Shown here: in pieces, positions 1-12,310 of the stretch
Numbering within the stretch: the stretch's first letter is position 1
Layout of the letters: the number at the start of each line of letters is the position of its first letter
From: Uloborus diversus
Lineage: Eukaryota
NCBI RefSeq assembly: GCF_026930045.1
Contig: NC_072740.1
Location: 29,492,384-29,556,383 of the forward strand
Direction of reading: 5' to 3'
Length of the DNA stretch: 64,000 nt
Made by a program: the position numbers and the translations under genes
The notes under the pieces: generated by a model
What the model was told of the DNA's origin: nothing
Seen by the model: only the letters and a program-made list of their open reading frames with translations
Database searches by the model: none

Positions 1-2340
1 CTCTCCCAACTGTGTTACCCACCTCCCTTACCATAGAGTCCCCCAAAATTACACCCTTAGTTTCCCAATCTAACTCCTCATTTGAAACTTCCCCCTGAAT
101 CTCTGGAACATTTATACCCTCTGCAACTGGCCTACACCCTAATGCTAACTGGGCTTCCAAAACTAGCATCTTAAGTCTTAAGTCTGAGAGTTCAGCACAT
201 TTAGTGCAAATATAATCCTCCTCAAAAACAGACTCATTTTCCTCCTTATACAGGCAGAACATATGACATAAATCACAAGAGATCCACCTGTCCCCCTTCC
301 CACTCTTTACCTCTTTCATAATGCATATAACACCCATTTCTACTCAGTGAATATGTTCCAAAAGGCAAAACAGAAAGATAAAAATGCAAAAAACACAGAA
401 TAAATACTAAAAACAGCAGTAAATAAACAGAGTTGCTACACCCAATAAAGCACACAAGATCAAAAACCAGGAGATCACCACATGTTAGGCTTAGCTCCAA
501 AAATGCAAAAACACTTCAAGAATACAATAACAGCAAAAATGAGCCCCCAAAACACAATAAAACTAAATTACATGATAAAGTGAAGTAAAAAAACCTAAAA
601 CTAGACAGTAATAATGAAAAATTATAGTAAAAAAACACTTATCAAATTAGCAGCAATAACACTCCCTGCATCACAGGCGCCCTCTAGTGGCCAAAAAAGT
701 GTAGTTATTATATAATAATAACTACATTACTTCTATTCTTTCACTATTACTTGTTATTTTTGCAACAAATATTATATTGTTTGAAAACTTAGTTCAAAAT
801 AATTTCAATTACTTTTTAGTTCTATCATAAATACACATATGTTTCTATGAGTAATTTTAATAGTTTCTTAAAATTCTTATGCTAAGTGGTTTCTGGAAGT
901 AAAGTATTTTTTTTCTTAATTTTCTATAATCTTTCCATTGTAGAAAAATTTAATGTACTGTTTTATAGGTTTTTCTTCCCCCCAAAAAATTGACTTGATA
1001 TGTTTTTTTTAAACCATTTTATTGAAAAAGTAGCATATTTTTAAAATATATCTTTTGTTCAACAACTTTACACAACTTAAAACGTTTAAAATACTGCATT
1101 TTATACAAACATACAATGGAAGAAAACTATTATCATTAGTAACGTAAATCAGGGAAATTTGGTGAACTTAATCAGGGAAATCAGGGAAAAGTCAGGGAAC
1201 TTTTTTTCACAGTTCCTGTTGCCACCCTGATATATATCCAATTTGTTTTAATTTAATAATAATCAATTTTTATTTTGAATGATTATTTTATTTTAAAATA
1301 CAAGAATTTTATTCCTTAATGGAAGGTAATGTTGTTGCATTTTCTTTAAATACTGTTTATGTAAATTACCATATTTCTTTTATGGCCTTTTATCCATTAC
1401 CTTTTATCAGGAGTGAAAGTTTTGCATCTTTTGATGGATTTTCGTCTTTTTAAAAATAATCAAAGCATACTAAGATGGAGCATGATAAAAAGTAATGAAT
1501 AATCAGTGAATGAGTTAGTCTAAGAAATTGAGATAATTTTTTGATTTTTAAAATTTGTATTCTATAATAATTGATCACAGTTAAGAGAAAATTGATACTC
1601 ATTACCAAATGATGAAACATAAATTCTTAAAATTATAACAAATCATTTCACTTTATTTCTTTCTTAAAAAATCATCGTAATTATTCAGTGTCTTTATACT
1701 AAAATAAATATATTAAAAAAAAGAAAAGAATGTTTATAAAAAGAAGAAAATATTAATAAAGTGCTGTCTTCAATCCTTTTACATACTTAAAAACTGTATT
1801 TAGGATACGCCCCCTTTTTATTTGAAAAATATTTGCCTTAATCATTTTTACAACTTGATCTTTAATCCATTACAGCAAATTTTCAGAAAAAAAAAAAACA
1901 ACCTTGGCTAGTCTTTACATGAATGATAACTAAGAAAAAAAAATACCCATTTGGAATCCATGTAGAACTATTTTTGAAATATTTATTAGAATAAAATGCA
2001 AAAAGGAATGATAATAAATAAACATATATGACACAAAAATATTTGTCTACATCTTGAATCTTTTCACTAAATTCAACACTAACTCATTCATTTTTTAATC
2101 AGCATTCATCCTGTATCTAGAAATGTATTTTACACTAATTTGTAGGGGAACCATTGTTTTTGTTTGCAAAAATTTTGATTTGTAACCATCCTTTAAAGAG
2201 AAATTAAGCTTTTAAACCTTGTTTCCACCATAGAGTATGCATTTTCTCTGATATCTTGACTGTACTGTTTTTTTTTTAAAATTTTTTATTAATGTATTCT
2301 AGTTCCTGTTTCTAATAGTATTACTTGTTTATTTTCTCAG

Positions 2341-2375
2341 CGAAATACAATAGAACTAAGAAGAAAAAAACGCAG
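2341..2375 (+). CDS. RO60: TROVE/Ro60-like gene, possible small exon (KYNRTKKKKTQ)
   Basis: attttctcag|CGAAATAC acceptor and CGCAG|GTAATG donor; phase-0 junction to the next exon gives KYNRTKKKKTQ|VLREKENL…, resembling Ro60 …TKYKQRNGWSHKDLLRL; very short, so weakly supported. Confidence 0.3.
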
Positions 2376-2455
2376 GTAATGCTCACTTTTTGGAAAATTA
2401 AATTTTTTAGGCTTACAAAGTTTTACTATCGTGCAATGTATAATATCTTCACTAG

Positions 2456-2598
2456 GTTTTGAGGGAAAAAGAGAATCTGACTGAAAATGAGGATGAACAA
2501 AAGATGGAACTTCCTAGGACATTTACATTAAAACAGCTAATACGTGTGCTACATATTAGTGCTCCTGCTGATAAAGTGATGTGTCTTCTTGGAAAGAA
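2456..2598 (+). CDS. RO60: TROVE/Ro60-like gene exon (VLREKENLTENEDEQKMELPRTFTLKQLIRVLHISAPADKVMCLLGK-)
   Basis: Acceptor cactag|GTTTTG; donor GGAAAGAA|GTAAGTAAG (GTAAGT at 2599-2604); open frame; similarity to Ro60 …[28 protein letters not shown]…. Confidence 0.6.
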
Positions 2599-3367
2599 GT
2601 AAGTAAGAATTGAAACTTTTTGAAATAACTTAGTTGTCATGTTACTTTTGGGCTGTAACATCCCAACATTTTAAAAAAGGCATTAGGTTGGTGTATTAGA
2701 GAAGTCAATATCTCCCACCTGGTAACGTTATTTCTGACATTTTCAGGTTGGGTTTAGAAAAAGGCCATCCAACATTTTGTATCCAATGACTGTTATTTTC
2801 ATGCTTCATTTGGAAAGTAAAATACATGTCTTTAAATGTTTTTTTCATGAAAACATGCATTTATGCAGGTTTGGGGAAAACTTGTTAAACCGCCACCCTC
2901 GACTTTCACCAACTTTCGGCACATTGCTAAGATTGGCGGTTTAGCGAAGTTTGTACTTAAAATTACATTTCCTACATTTTAGTAAAAAAATCATTTTTCT
3001 GGCTCAATTGGTTCGGGGTCTGTGTTGTGAAAATTACTAAAAACTGTTAAAAATCACATAAAACATAAAATAACTTTTTTAGGCAAGGATTTTTAGAAAT
3101 TAATTATAGCCTATGTTACTTCCTGATCATGTAGCTTTCTATGGTGAAAAAATGGTTAAATGGTTCAATACAAAAATAAAAACAAACAAAAAAACTCTTT
3201 CCTCTTTATAATAGTAGTATAGATGGTAGTTTTTCATTTATACTATCCAGTTTAACTGAAAATCATTTCTTGTTGCATCAAACTGTGCTTTTTTTTCTTC
3301 TTCAAATGCCTTGTTTATGTCTGCTTCATGTGAAGGTGATTTCAGGGGTTTTTTTTTTAAATTTTAG

Positions 3368-3525
3368 GTATCCTAGCTGTTATCAAGATTTCCAATCTTC
3401 TGGATTGCCAGGTAATTGGGATTCAAGTAAGGCTGGTCAGAGAATGAAGCTTCCGGTTCCTGAGACTTGGGAAACTCAAATTTCTGCTTATGGAAACAAC
3501 CCTGCTGTTTGGGAGTCATTAATAG
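3368..3525 (+). CDS. RO60: TROVE/Ro60-like gene exon (KYPSCYQDFQSSGLPGNWDSSKAGQRMKLPVPETWETQISAYGNNPAVWESLI)
   Basis: Acceptor tttttttaaattttag|GTATCC (AG 3366-3367) and donor AATAG|GTATTC (GT 3526-3527); phases are consistent with the flanking exons (2 in, 1 out); …AVWESLI aligns with Ro60 …EVWKALL…. Confidence 0.7.
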
Positions 3526-4723
3526 GTATTCTTCAGTTTAAGTTGAAGAATTAAATTTGATGTGTTTTAGGGAAACAATTATAGTGACTACAATTAAAAA
3601 CTAAAGCATAAATAAATAGCAAATAACAATAAGGAGCATGATTTCAATTTGGGATTGCTTTCAAAACCGAAACAGTCTGCATTTGAGTAAATAAGTCTTA
3701 AAGTGATCTCACTTTAACTGTTGATTTTCCATATTTGGATTTTGCTATTATAAAACCTGAGTTAAATTTTTGGTTTTTGGATTTGAATTTTGTGAAAAGT
3801 TAAATTCAGAACGAATGTGTACTTTCTGCAACTTATCATCAAGGTTTTGATTATTTCACATTATGCATCTGCTCTGCTTATGGCTTTCTTTCCCATCATC
3901 AGAATAATAGTTTTCTTCCATGTTCTCACACAATCTAGACCAAAACGCTTAATCATTTTCCAAATATGACTCATTTCCTTGTATTGAAGTTAAGATTTGG
4001 AGCTCTTCCACTTGCGTAATTTTGCTTGCATGTTTTTCTCAATATATGCATGGTGGATAATTTAAACAACTCATAATAACCATTGAAGCACATAAAACCA
4101 CATTTTATTTCCATACCATTCATCTCAAATTATTTGTCATTGTCAGCACTTTTTTACAATCTATATGTAAAGCGACATCACTTTTTAGTTTTTCAAGACT
4201 TTTTTCTTTTACCTTTTTATAAAATGTTGCCATACTTGTTTCCAAGATTTCAGAGCATATGTTTTTCTTTCTACTTATGGATTAATTTCGAAAAAAATAA
4301 TGGAAACTCAAAAAAGCTTTTTCTTTTTTTTTGTGCTGCAGTAATGTAGTTTGAATCATTTGCTTTAGGCCTATCTTCTGTCAGATTAAACCTTGTGCAC
4401 AAAATAAATAAATAAATATATAAATAAATAAATAAAAATAAGAAAAATACGTAAAAGAACTTGAATCATTCAAGCAATAGTAAAAAAATTTAACTGTCTT
4501 GCTGAATTTCTTCTATGTGAAAATTTATATGCTTGTATCTTTGATACTTAAGCTAATTGTTTTTAAATCTTGCAAGATGGTTTTGACAATGGGTTTTATG
4601 TAAATAAGGTTGCTTTTAATGATGCAAAATTTTTACCAATGATTTTTCTTTCACTGATTTTCTTTCTGTGTTACATTGCAAGAATGAAAAATCTAATCCA
4701 ACTTTTCATTTTACTTTTACTAG

Positions 4724-4833
4724 ATTCTTCAAAACTTCCTTACATGGCAACTCTTCGTAATGTTAAGAATTTAATTTTGTCTGGAATATCACCTAAGCAT
4801 CATGAGAAAGTTTTAAAATACTTGGGAAACAAA
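4724..4833 (+). CDS. RO60: TROVE/Ro60-like gene exon (DSSKLPYMATLRNVKNLILSGISPKHHEKVLKYLGNK)
   Basis: Acceptor ttttacttttactag|ATTCTT (AG 4722-4723); donor AACAAA|GTAAGG (4834-4839); LPYMATLRNVKNL…KVLKYL aligns with Ro60 MPLTALLRNLGKM…EKLCNEKLL (TROVE core). Confidence 0.7.
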
Positions 4834-5578
4834 GTAAGGCACGAAAATTAATTTCTTTAAACATAAAGGATTTTAAATTTTGTATTTTTGTTTGTACATT
4901 TTTGAAAGAAAAAATGTTATTTGCATTGAAGTATACTAAAGCTAGTTCTGTTTCTCTTAGATAATGGTTTTAATTAAAAAAAATACTAACATTTCTGCTT
5001 TTATATGATACTTTGAAACACTATTATTCCACCAGTAATTCTATCCATAAATGCAATCCAAATGATGATATATGATGAGCAATATTTTGTTCTTGCAAAA
5101 GAGACTTATCTAGATAGAACATGAGGAAATTTCTATAAAAATTTAATCGTAGTTTTCAAAAATCCTTATTTGGTCTTCTCCAACATGCCAGAAAAAAGGT
5201 CAGAAAAATATTCTTGACTTAAAAAATTTGAGCTCTGTGTATTATCTTATTAATATCAATAAATAGTTAAATTTCATTTAAATATTGATAATGACCTTAT
5301 TTTGCATTTATCTTTCCTAAAATGTTGCTTTAACTATGAAACTTGTTCCATGACTTTAGGATAATTATTATTTATGCAGAAAGGGAGCAGATAACAATGG
5401 GGAACTATTCAAAAACTAAATTGACTTGTTATTCACAAATTGCTATTATTGATTACTTAAGTCTTCTAGATTGATTTTCATTTCATGAAGGCATTAAACT
5501 CAAACAGACATTAAAATAATTCAGTTGTTTAAAATACTCATCATTGTACATCAAACTTAATTAATATTTCTTTTCTAG

Positions 5579-5760
5579 AATGCTGTACTAAAAAGTAGAC
5601 AGTTTCCAACCCAATATTATGAAGCATATAAAAGTTTGGTAGTGCTTGAAGATATGTTAAAGAAAAATGAAGCAAATGAACTTCCAGAAAAGCCTGAGAA
5701 ATCTGTTCCATTTTGGCTACAAAAGCAAAAAGAAAAAATGCTTTCAAAGTATAATGCTAA
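5579..5760 (+). CDS. RO60: TROVE/Ro60-like gene exon (NAVLKSRQFPTQYYEAYKSLVVLEDMLKKNEANELPEKPEKSVPFWLQKQKEKMLSKYNAK); 3' boundary uncertain
   Basis: Acceptor atttcttttctag|AATGCT (AG 5577-5578); RQFPTQYYEAYK aligns with Ro60 ARIHPFHILIALETYK; the frame closes at TAG 5770, so the donor must lie at 5749 (AA|GTATAA) or 5761 (AA|GTTACA); both are weak and both give the phase 2 required by the next exon. Confidence 0.55.
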
Positions 5761-6195
5761 GTTACATTTTTAGCTAGTTCTTAATTTTTACCATGCAATT
5801 AATTGATTAAAATTTGTTAATCACAAGTGCAAGGGGGCAATCACTACTTCTTAATGTAACCAAAGATGGAATAAATTTGCATTTTGGATACTTCAATTTA
5901 AAAGAAATTACCATACGTTCAGACTCAATACTTCTGTTATTAAGTTACATTTTTTCTTATAACACAAATTACATTATAAGTTACATTTTCAGCTAGTTTG
6001 TACTTTTTGCTATTCAATTAATTGATTGAAATTTGTTAATTACAAGTGCAAGGGGACAATCTTTCCTTCTTAACATAACCAAATATGGAATAAATTTGCA
6101 TTTTAGATACTTCAATTTCAGAAAATTACCTTACCTTCAGACTCTGTATTTGTGCCTTAATATCACATTTATGACTCCCTCTTTTGGTTTATATG
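5761..6195 (+). repeat. tandem duplication (2 x ~215 bp), starting exactly at the putative donor of the 5579-5760 exon
   Basis: 5761-5971 (gttacatttttagctag…ttaattgattaaaatttgttaatcacaagtgcaagggggcaatc…) is repeated at 5972-6190 (gttacattttcagctag…ttaattgattgaaatttgttaattacaagtgcaaggggacaatc…), including the ORF-track twins MLITSARGQSLLLNVTK… and MLITSARGQSFLLNITK…. Confidence 0.8.
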
Positions 6196-7918
6196 TACTA
6201 TATTTTAATAATGATCTCTTCTCCAAAACCTGAAGCTGGGTCCTCCTTTTGTTGAGTGGAGTATAAAGATGTAGAACTCATAGATTAGATAATTTTAAAA
6301 GTGAGAAATTATTTAAATTCTTTTGGTAAATCAGAAAAAAAAATCAATATAAAAATAAATAAATAAGCAAAATACAGATATGCAAAACCCATCATGGTTG
6401 ATAGTTTTCTATGCTTGTTTAGAAACTATATATTGTATTATAGTGATATGAAACTAGCAAACATGGACTGATTTGTTTCACTTACAAGGGGAAAGAAGTT
6501 TTTTAGACAGAGTGTCCTTATAACTAACATTTGTTTCACATTTTGTGGCTAAACTACCTTAACATTTGCTATATTGTACGTGGCAAAGTTTGCCTAGTAA
6601 TTCTTTCGATACACAGCACCTTGAGAGATGCTGTGTTCCTTGAAAACATCTGTGGATGGTTGCCCCATATTTAGATTTTCATTAGGGAAAAGCAACTAAT
6701 ACTCCTATTTGACAGTTATAAATGAGTGTAATGCAACATGTAACAGTAACCATCTTCTTACTTAAACCACCTTGCATTGGTGCTGTTACAAGATTTTCCC
6801 CCATGGGTTTCTTTCAATTTCTTCTCATTGTTTGGTAATTAGATTTAATGAAGAGAAAATCACACCTTTGTATATGGTAAAATTGAAGTTTGTTTATTTG
6901 TGGCTCAAATCAAGGAAGAACAGTAAGGCCTACACTAATGAATTTATAAATAGATGTAGTTTTTGTCAAAGTTGTATACCGTGAAGCTAAAATGTTTATG
7001 TATTAATTTCAAAAACATATTTAATGTTTTTTGTGATTTGATGAACTTTCTACCACCCGAAACTAACTGTATAAAGGATATTTTTTGATCAGATATTCAC
7101 AGCCCTCCTAGTACCCATAAAAGAACAAGTGAACCCAATACCAGCAAGGAAGTTTTCCCGTAAAGATTTTTGAAGCTGTGAAGTATATTAAAAATACTGT
7201 TTTATCTAGATGATATTGCCTGACTTAAAGAAGAAGGGATTCAGTGGTTCTCTCCTGAAATTTTTTTGTAACTAATGAAATATTCTAAGAAAAATGAGGG
7301 GCAGGTTTTTTTTTTTTTTTTGGAGATAAGTGTATTAAAAGTAGTAATATTGAAATGAGAAAGATATTGGTTTATGATCTTAAATACACAATTTTCTTAA
7401 TTGTATAAAAGTTTCGTTTTAGCGTTTGCAGTTTTCACTAAGAGCTTGTTTTTACAATTTTCATTTTTGTTGATATATGCTCTCATTTAAAATAATTATC
7501 AATATAACCTATCCTCTGTTCAATACAAAGAATGACAACAGACTAGAGAAGAAAATAGTCGGGGGAAAAAAATCTCATAAAATTTCGGGGGGAAAACAGA
7601 AAAGAACCGTTTTTTTCGAAAGGGGTTTATTTCCACTCTGGAAAAATTGAAAATTGAATTTTTTGAAATTTTCAGGAAGTTTTAATTGAAAATTTCAGCA
7701 AAAAGTGATAAAAATAGAAATTTCTCATACTTAAATTCTGATGTCATTTCCTTCTTCCCCCACTCGCTGTTTGTATGTTAAAATATTGTCTTAATTTTGA
7801 TAATGCAAGTTGTTGTATGATAATATAATTTTCATGTAGATCAAAAACATTAAATACTTTTTGCAAAAAAAAAAAAAAGAATTTTTTTCACAAAATTATC
7901 TCAATAATATCAATTAGG

Positions 7919-8140
7919 CAGGGCTTCCCAAACTGTAGTCCGTGGACCCCTTGGGTGTCCGCCAACCTTTAGTAGGGGTTCCACAGTAAATTTGGAGAAA
8001 GCAAATGTTAAATGATATAGAGAATATAATAGAATAATGAAAAAAAAAAAAAGTTGAATGATATAGATTTGTAAACCAGAATTTTCCCTTTTGAAATAAT
8101 ATAGTTGGGTTTTGAGCAATACTTCCCAAAACCTCGAGAT
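7919..8140. mobile_element. partial or diverged copy of the CAGGG(G/C)TTCCCAAA-type MITE (same family as 36661-36846)
   Basis: cagggcttcccaaactgtagtccgtggaccccttgggtgtccgccaa… parallels caggggttcccaaagtgggtgccgcggcaccctgggttgccgcaa…; the right terminus is not clearly identifiable. Confidence 0.35.
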
Positions 8141-9637
8141 AAAATGCTTCAACATCGTGCATAAAGGTGATCTCAACACCGTTTTCTGCTTTGACAGAAC
8201 CATGTAGTCTGGCGCCATGTGAGTATGATTGTTTTGATAATCATTACTTCAGACTGCACCTTGAAATCGATCCTCTTGGATACTTACCACACTTTTGGCT
8301 TTGTCTGGAAAACAAAAAATACCATTCATGCAGACATCAATTAGAGTGCCGCACTAAGACCCCTCAAAAAGCGAGACCCCAAAAAGTGAAAAATACCCCT
8401 CAAAACACCCCCTAAAAATTTCAATGGCAAAGTGTGCGCGTCACCCTAAGGGGGGAATCCTTTCATCAATTCACTAAAACTGAATACTGAAGCTATCTAG
8501 ATGCTGAACCGGATATTTGACAAAAATTTAACCCATAATATAAAAACTGGGCCAACTAAACATGGGCATAGCCATCGATTTCAGTTAGGAAGGGGCAAGC
8601 TTACACGCACCAAAAGATAGTGCTTTTAATTTGTCCCCCCCTAGTATAGACTTCAGAAATTACTTGGAAATATAGTCCTCCTCTTCCCCTAAAAAAAACT
8701 TTTTTGATATTTATGGTCAGATGATCGTATAAAAAGGGTTATGGGGCTCCCCCCCACCAGAAATTTTTCGAAATTGAAGTCACTAACTTGCAATTTTAAA
8801 TTATCTTTAGTGACATTTGGAGGGAGAGTAGGAGTCAGATGTTCTCTTTTAGGGAAGGAAAATTACCCCTCCCTGCCCCTTCTGTTAGATCACCCTTCTT
8901 ACAGTAGAGTGACCTTGCACGAAGTGATTTCCACCTCTTTAGACCTTTAGAGAAACACTTTGGGGGGGGGGGGGGGTCAGCATTTCAGAACCAATGCTGC
9001 TGTTCAGCAAGCCCTCTTGATGTGGTTTTCTATTCTTGACGATGATTTCTTCCAAACAGGTTTCAATAGTTTGGTGTACCGCTGGAACAAATGTCTCGAT
9101 AAGTATGGTGACTCTGTCAAAAAGTAATCAGTACCTTTGCCTTCTTACAATACTTTTTTGTAATTCCTGAATAAATTTTTATGCTTTAAGGGCTTGTTAC
9201 CTTACTTTTTGATACCCTTTTGGGTTAGGATACCACCAGTTAGAATGTGTTTTCAGAGAGATCTTTGTTGATACTTGTGCTCTGTAGCAAATGTTGAACA
9301 AGTGCAATAGATATTTTGATTCAGAACCAAAATTTTAAGTCTATATAATTAAGACTGAACAATAATCAGTAAAATGTAGATCGTATCCGTAATAAAATAT
9401 TGCATAAAAGTTGGCAAGTATCCAGGTGGTCAGTCTACCCAAACTTATTATTCAGTAGAATGAGACATACATTTTAAGCCATATTAAGCTATAAGCGAGG
9501 AAAAATTTCATTCTGTAAATAGTAGAAGAAATACACAGCTCTGTCTGTGCCATAAGCCTACTTTTACAGATGGTGAATTATTCATGTATATTCAAGGACA
9601 AAACAATGATTTGTTAAATGATATTTTTTTTTTTCAG

Positions 9638-9803
9638 AATTCAAAATGCATCACTAAAACTCTTGCAAAACTACAAGAAAACTATCAGTGCTGCTGTAGA
9701 AATATCAGCCTTACATAATTTGCAGCCAATTCCAGGAAAAACATTAGTCATATGTGAAATATCGAATTCTATGATTAAAAATTTGAGAGGTAAAAGACAA
9801 AAG
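9638..9803 (+). CDS. RO60: TROVE/Ro60-like gene exon, vWA/MIDAS-like segment (IQNASLKLLQNYKKTISAAVEISALHNLQPIPGKTLVICEISNSMIKNLRGKRQK)
   Basis: Acceptor atattttttttttttcag|AATTC (AG 9636-9637); donor CAAAAG|GTAAAAC (GT 9804-9805), chosen over the upstream GAGAG|GTAAAAG because only it gives phase 0, matching the next exon; aligns with Ro60 [39 protein letters not shown]. Confidence 0.7.
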
Positions 9804-10675
9804 GTAAAACCTTCTTATCTCAACGTTACTTCCTAACCTATTCTATTCTGATATTAATGGAATGTTACCGTAATTTTAATTTTGTTTCTCTTTGGGAGTA
9901 GATCATCTAAAATATGTGTTCAAAATTTGCTTACATTCATACTTTATGAAAGTAGGAAATAAAATTACTACACATTTTCCTTGTATTGACTAAGTATCAC
10001 AACTCAAATTGTTGTGTACTTTGATTGCTTTCAGTTAAAAAATTTACAGGTTTTAAGCTTCGTCCATAATAATATCAACATTAATGTTTTTTTTATTATT
10101 CTTATTGAATTTGATGAGCTTTTTGTTCAGTTCGTCGCCAAAAACTATTATGTATTTTATGTAGAATAATTGGACGACAAGGCATTATTTAGAAACACAA
10201 TAACTATTTTATTTACAAGTCAAAACATCTCTTGCCATTCCAGAACACACCACTGTCAAATCGAACCATTTCGAGCTCGAGTTGAGTTGAGTTGCAACAC
10301 AACATTGAAAACAATTATTACGAAAATAAAATACATGGAGCAATAAAATATACACAACATAAATATAAGCCTCTTATTTTTGTAAGAATGGGAATAGGTT
10401 TAGCTTTAATATAAAATGAGTAAAACGTGTATTTTGCTTTTTTTTTAAAAACTTGTTTTACAGTGGGTGGCTAAATTATTCAAGACACTACTCAAATTCT
10501 TGTATTTTCAAGTTTACACTCATTTTTTAAAGAAATAAACCTGAACCACATTTTTCTTAACTCTACATAGCAACTTGTATCATTATTATTGTTTTTCAGA
10601 AGTGGCAACAATACCAGACTGCATCAGTTTACAAACATTTGAGGTTATTTCAGTTTTAGTCTCTGGTGAGAAAAA

Positions 10676-11900
10676 AGACTGCTGTTGCCATGAGATTATA
10701 TAAAGTATTCTAGAATTATTTCTTCGAAAGTTTTTCCGTCTGCTATAGTTAATACATAAGTAACACTTATTAATAAAGCAATGTTGCTACATTTTGAGAT
10801 TAAATTTCAATACTTGATTTATATTAATGTTTGATATTGTCAAAACTTTTTTTTTTAAAGAATGGACAAGGCTTCAGATGCGTCCCCTAGAAAATATAGG
10901 GAAATAAAAGCATTAATACTTCCCTCCCTACATTTCTAGAAAGCTATTGCAAATTTAACAGGTGTTTCTAAGTCAGTAGCTGCATGAATCAAAAGCTTAA
11001 AATTGACCCAAACAAGTCACTGAAAGCAGATCGCGTAGGCAAATGTAACAAAAACATATCACTGCTCCTTGTACGGACTGTAGAATCAGGGATATATGCT
11101 TTTTCGGATATTTAACATTCTCTAAAAGATATTCTTGATAGAATAGCTCCCCCAGGTAGAGTTGCATGCCACCTGGGGGGGGGGGGCACTGTTGAAAGGA
11201 AATTTTTTGACCAAGAAGCTAAAAGTAGATTTGTCGGAGAAGCATGCCTATCGAAATAATAACATTATTTGTTAATAGCACTACTTACAAATAGCTCTTA
11301 CGTGATTCAAACCTCAACAGTCATTTTTTTGGTTGTTTTTCCCACTTTATAAGCTTTTTCTCAGCCTTGGTGTGGCGTGCGTTTTTTTACTCTTCTACCA
11401 ACTGGCTCCGGACAGTCCTGGTGGAAACTTCAATACCCTGTTCATTCATAAGTAAGACAGGCTACACTCCTTTTGCGATTTTTGAGTTAAATATTACTAT
11501 CTGTGGCCGGTACGAGTATTGATGATGTGTTTTCTGTCACGTTTTCCTAAGTGATCCACTTCCAAAGGCATATTTTGGGCAATTTTAATTTTGATATATC
11601 CAACTATTGTCCTAAAAACACCTATTATACTTGAAATAACTCTCTGGCTATGTGTGGAGGGAAGTAGCAATGCTTGTATTTCCCTACACTTTCTAGGAGA
11701 CATGTTTGAAGCCTTGTCCATTCTCAAAAAAAAAAAAAAAAAGTATTGACTATTAATTAACAATATAAATCAAACATTCAAATTTAATAGCAAACTGTAG
11801 TAACATTGCTTTATTAATAAGTGTTAATTACATATTAACTATAGCAGACACCAAAACTTTCGAAGAAATAATTCTAGAACCCAGTAAGCAAAATATCTTT
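10676..11900. repeat. large inverted duplication or foldback-like element: ~300-bp arms (about 10676-10985 and 11585-11900) around a ~600-bp spacer containing a G12 tract
   Basis: 10741 gctatagttaatacataagtaacacttattaataaagcaatgttgctacattttgag…aagaatggacaaggcttcagatgcgtcccctagaaaatatagggaaata… is the reverse complement of 11590-11850 (…tatttccctacactttctaggagacatgtttgaagccttgtccattctc…caaactgtagtaacattgctttattaataagtgttaattacatattaactatagcagac); minus-strand ORF 11497..11763 and plus-strand reading 10861-10950 mirror each other (MDKASNMSPRKCREIQAL… vs MDKASDASPRKYREIKAL…). Confidence 0.75.
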
Positions 11901-12029
11901 CCTCCCTATTGCCTAAAGGTTGACCTGTCAGGAAAAATCATCTTGCCTCAATTCTGCCTCAGTATTTTTATGTTACTCCATTTATGCTGTCAGCAGGCTG
12001 CCACAATATTGACTGACAAGGTGTATGCA

Positions 12030-12310
12030 GCGTAATATCAGGAAAATATCAAGATGACAGCATGAATCCAGTCTCTAGGCAAGATGACCTTGCTTTTGTA
12101 ATCCTGCATACATATTGATATGACAGGAAAATATCAAGATGTTGTCATGACATCATGAATCCAGTCTCTAGGCAAGATGACTTTGCTTTTTTAATCTTAC
12201 ATACATATTTTCATGACAGGAAAATAACAAGCTATCTTGTCATGGCATCACATCACACTTGTCATGACAGTATGAAATCAGCATGTAGGCAAGATGTTTT
12301 ATCTATTTAT
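12030..12310. repeat. ~100-bp tandem repeat (about 3 copies) in an intron
   Basis: Recurring caggaaaatatcaagatg…catgaatccagtctctaggcaagatgac(c/t)ttgctttt…atacatatt units; related short motifs recur in both orientations at 13130-13420. Confidence 0.6.

Noticed and set aside
1-700. Compositionally distinct C-rich then A-rich block at the window start, considered as a possible upstream exon of the Ro60 gene
   Set aside because: No extended open frame, no Ro60 similarity in any frame and no splice signals; more likely a truncated repeat or low-complexity intronic DNA
3270-3367. The N-terminal third of ORF 3270..3554 (MLHQTVLFFLLQMPCLCLLHVKVISGVFFLNF)
   Set aside because: Intronic; the real exon starts at the AG at 3366-3367, and only the RYPSCYQ… portion is coding
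7910-8415. ORFs 7910..8218 (-), 7914..8162 (-) and 8167..8415 (+)
   Set aside because: They overlap a MITE-like repeat and poly-A/C low-complexity sequence, with no coding signal
8957-8972. G16 and other long G/C homopolymers as possible telomeric or G-quadruplex features
   Set aside because: They are single homopolymer runs embedded in shared repeat context, not spaced GGG tracts or telomere repeats, and are better explained as part of a dispersed repeat family
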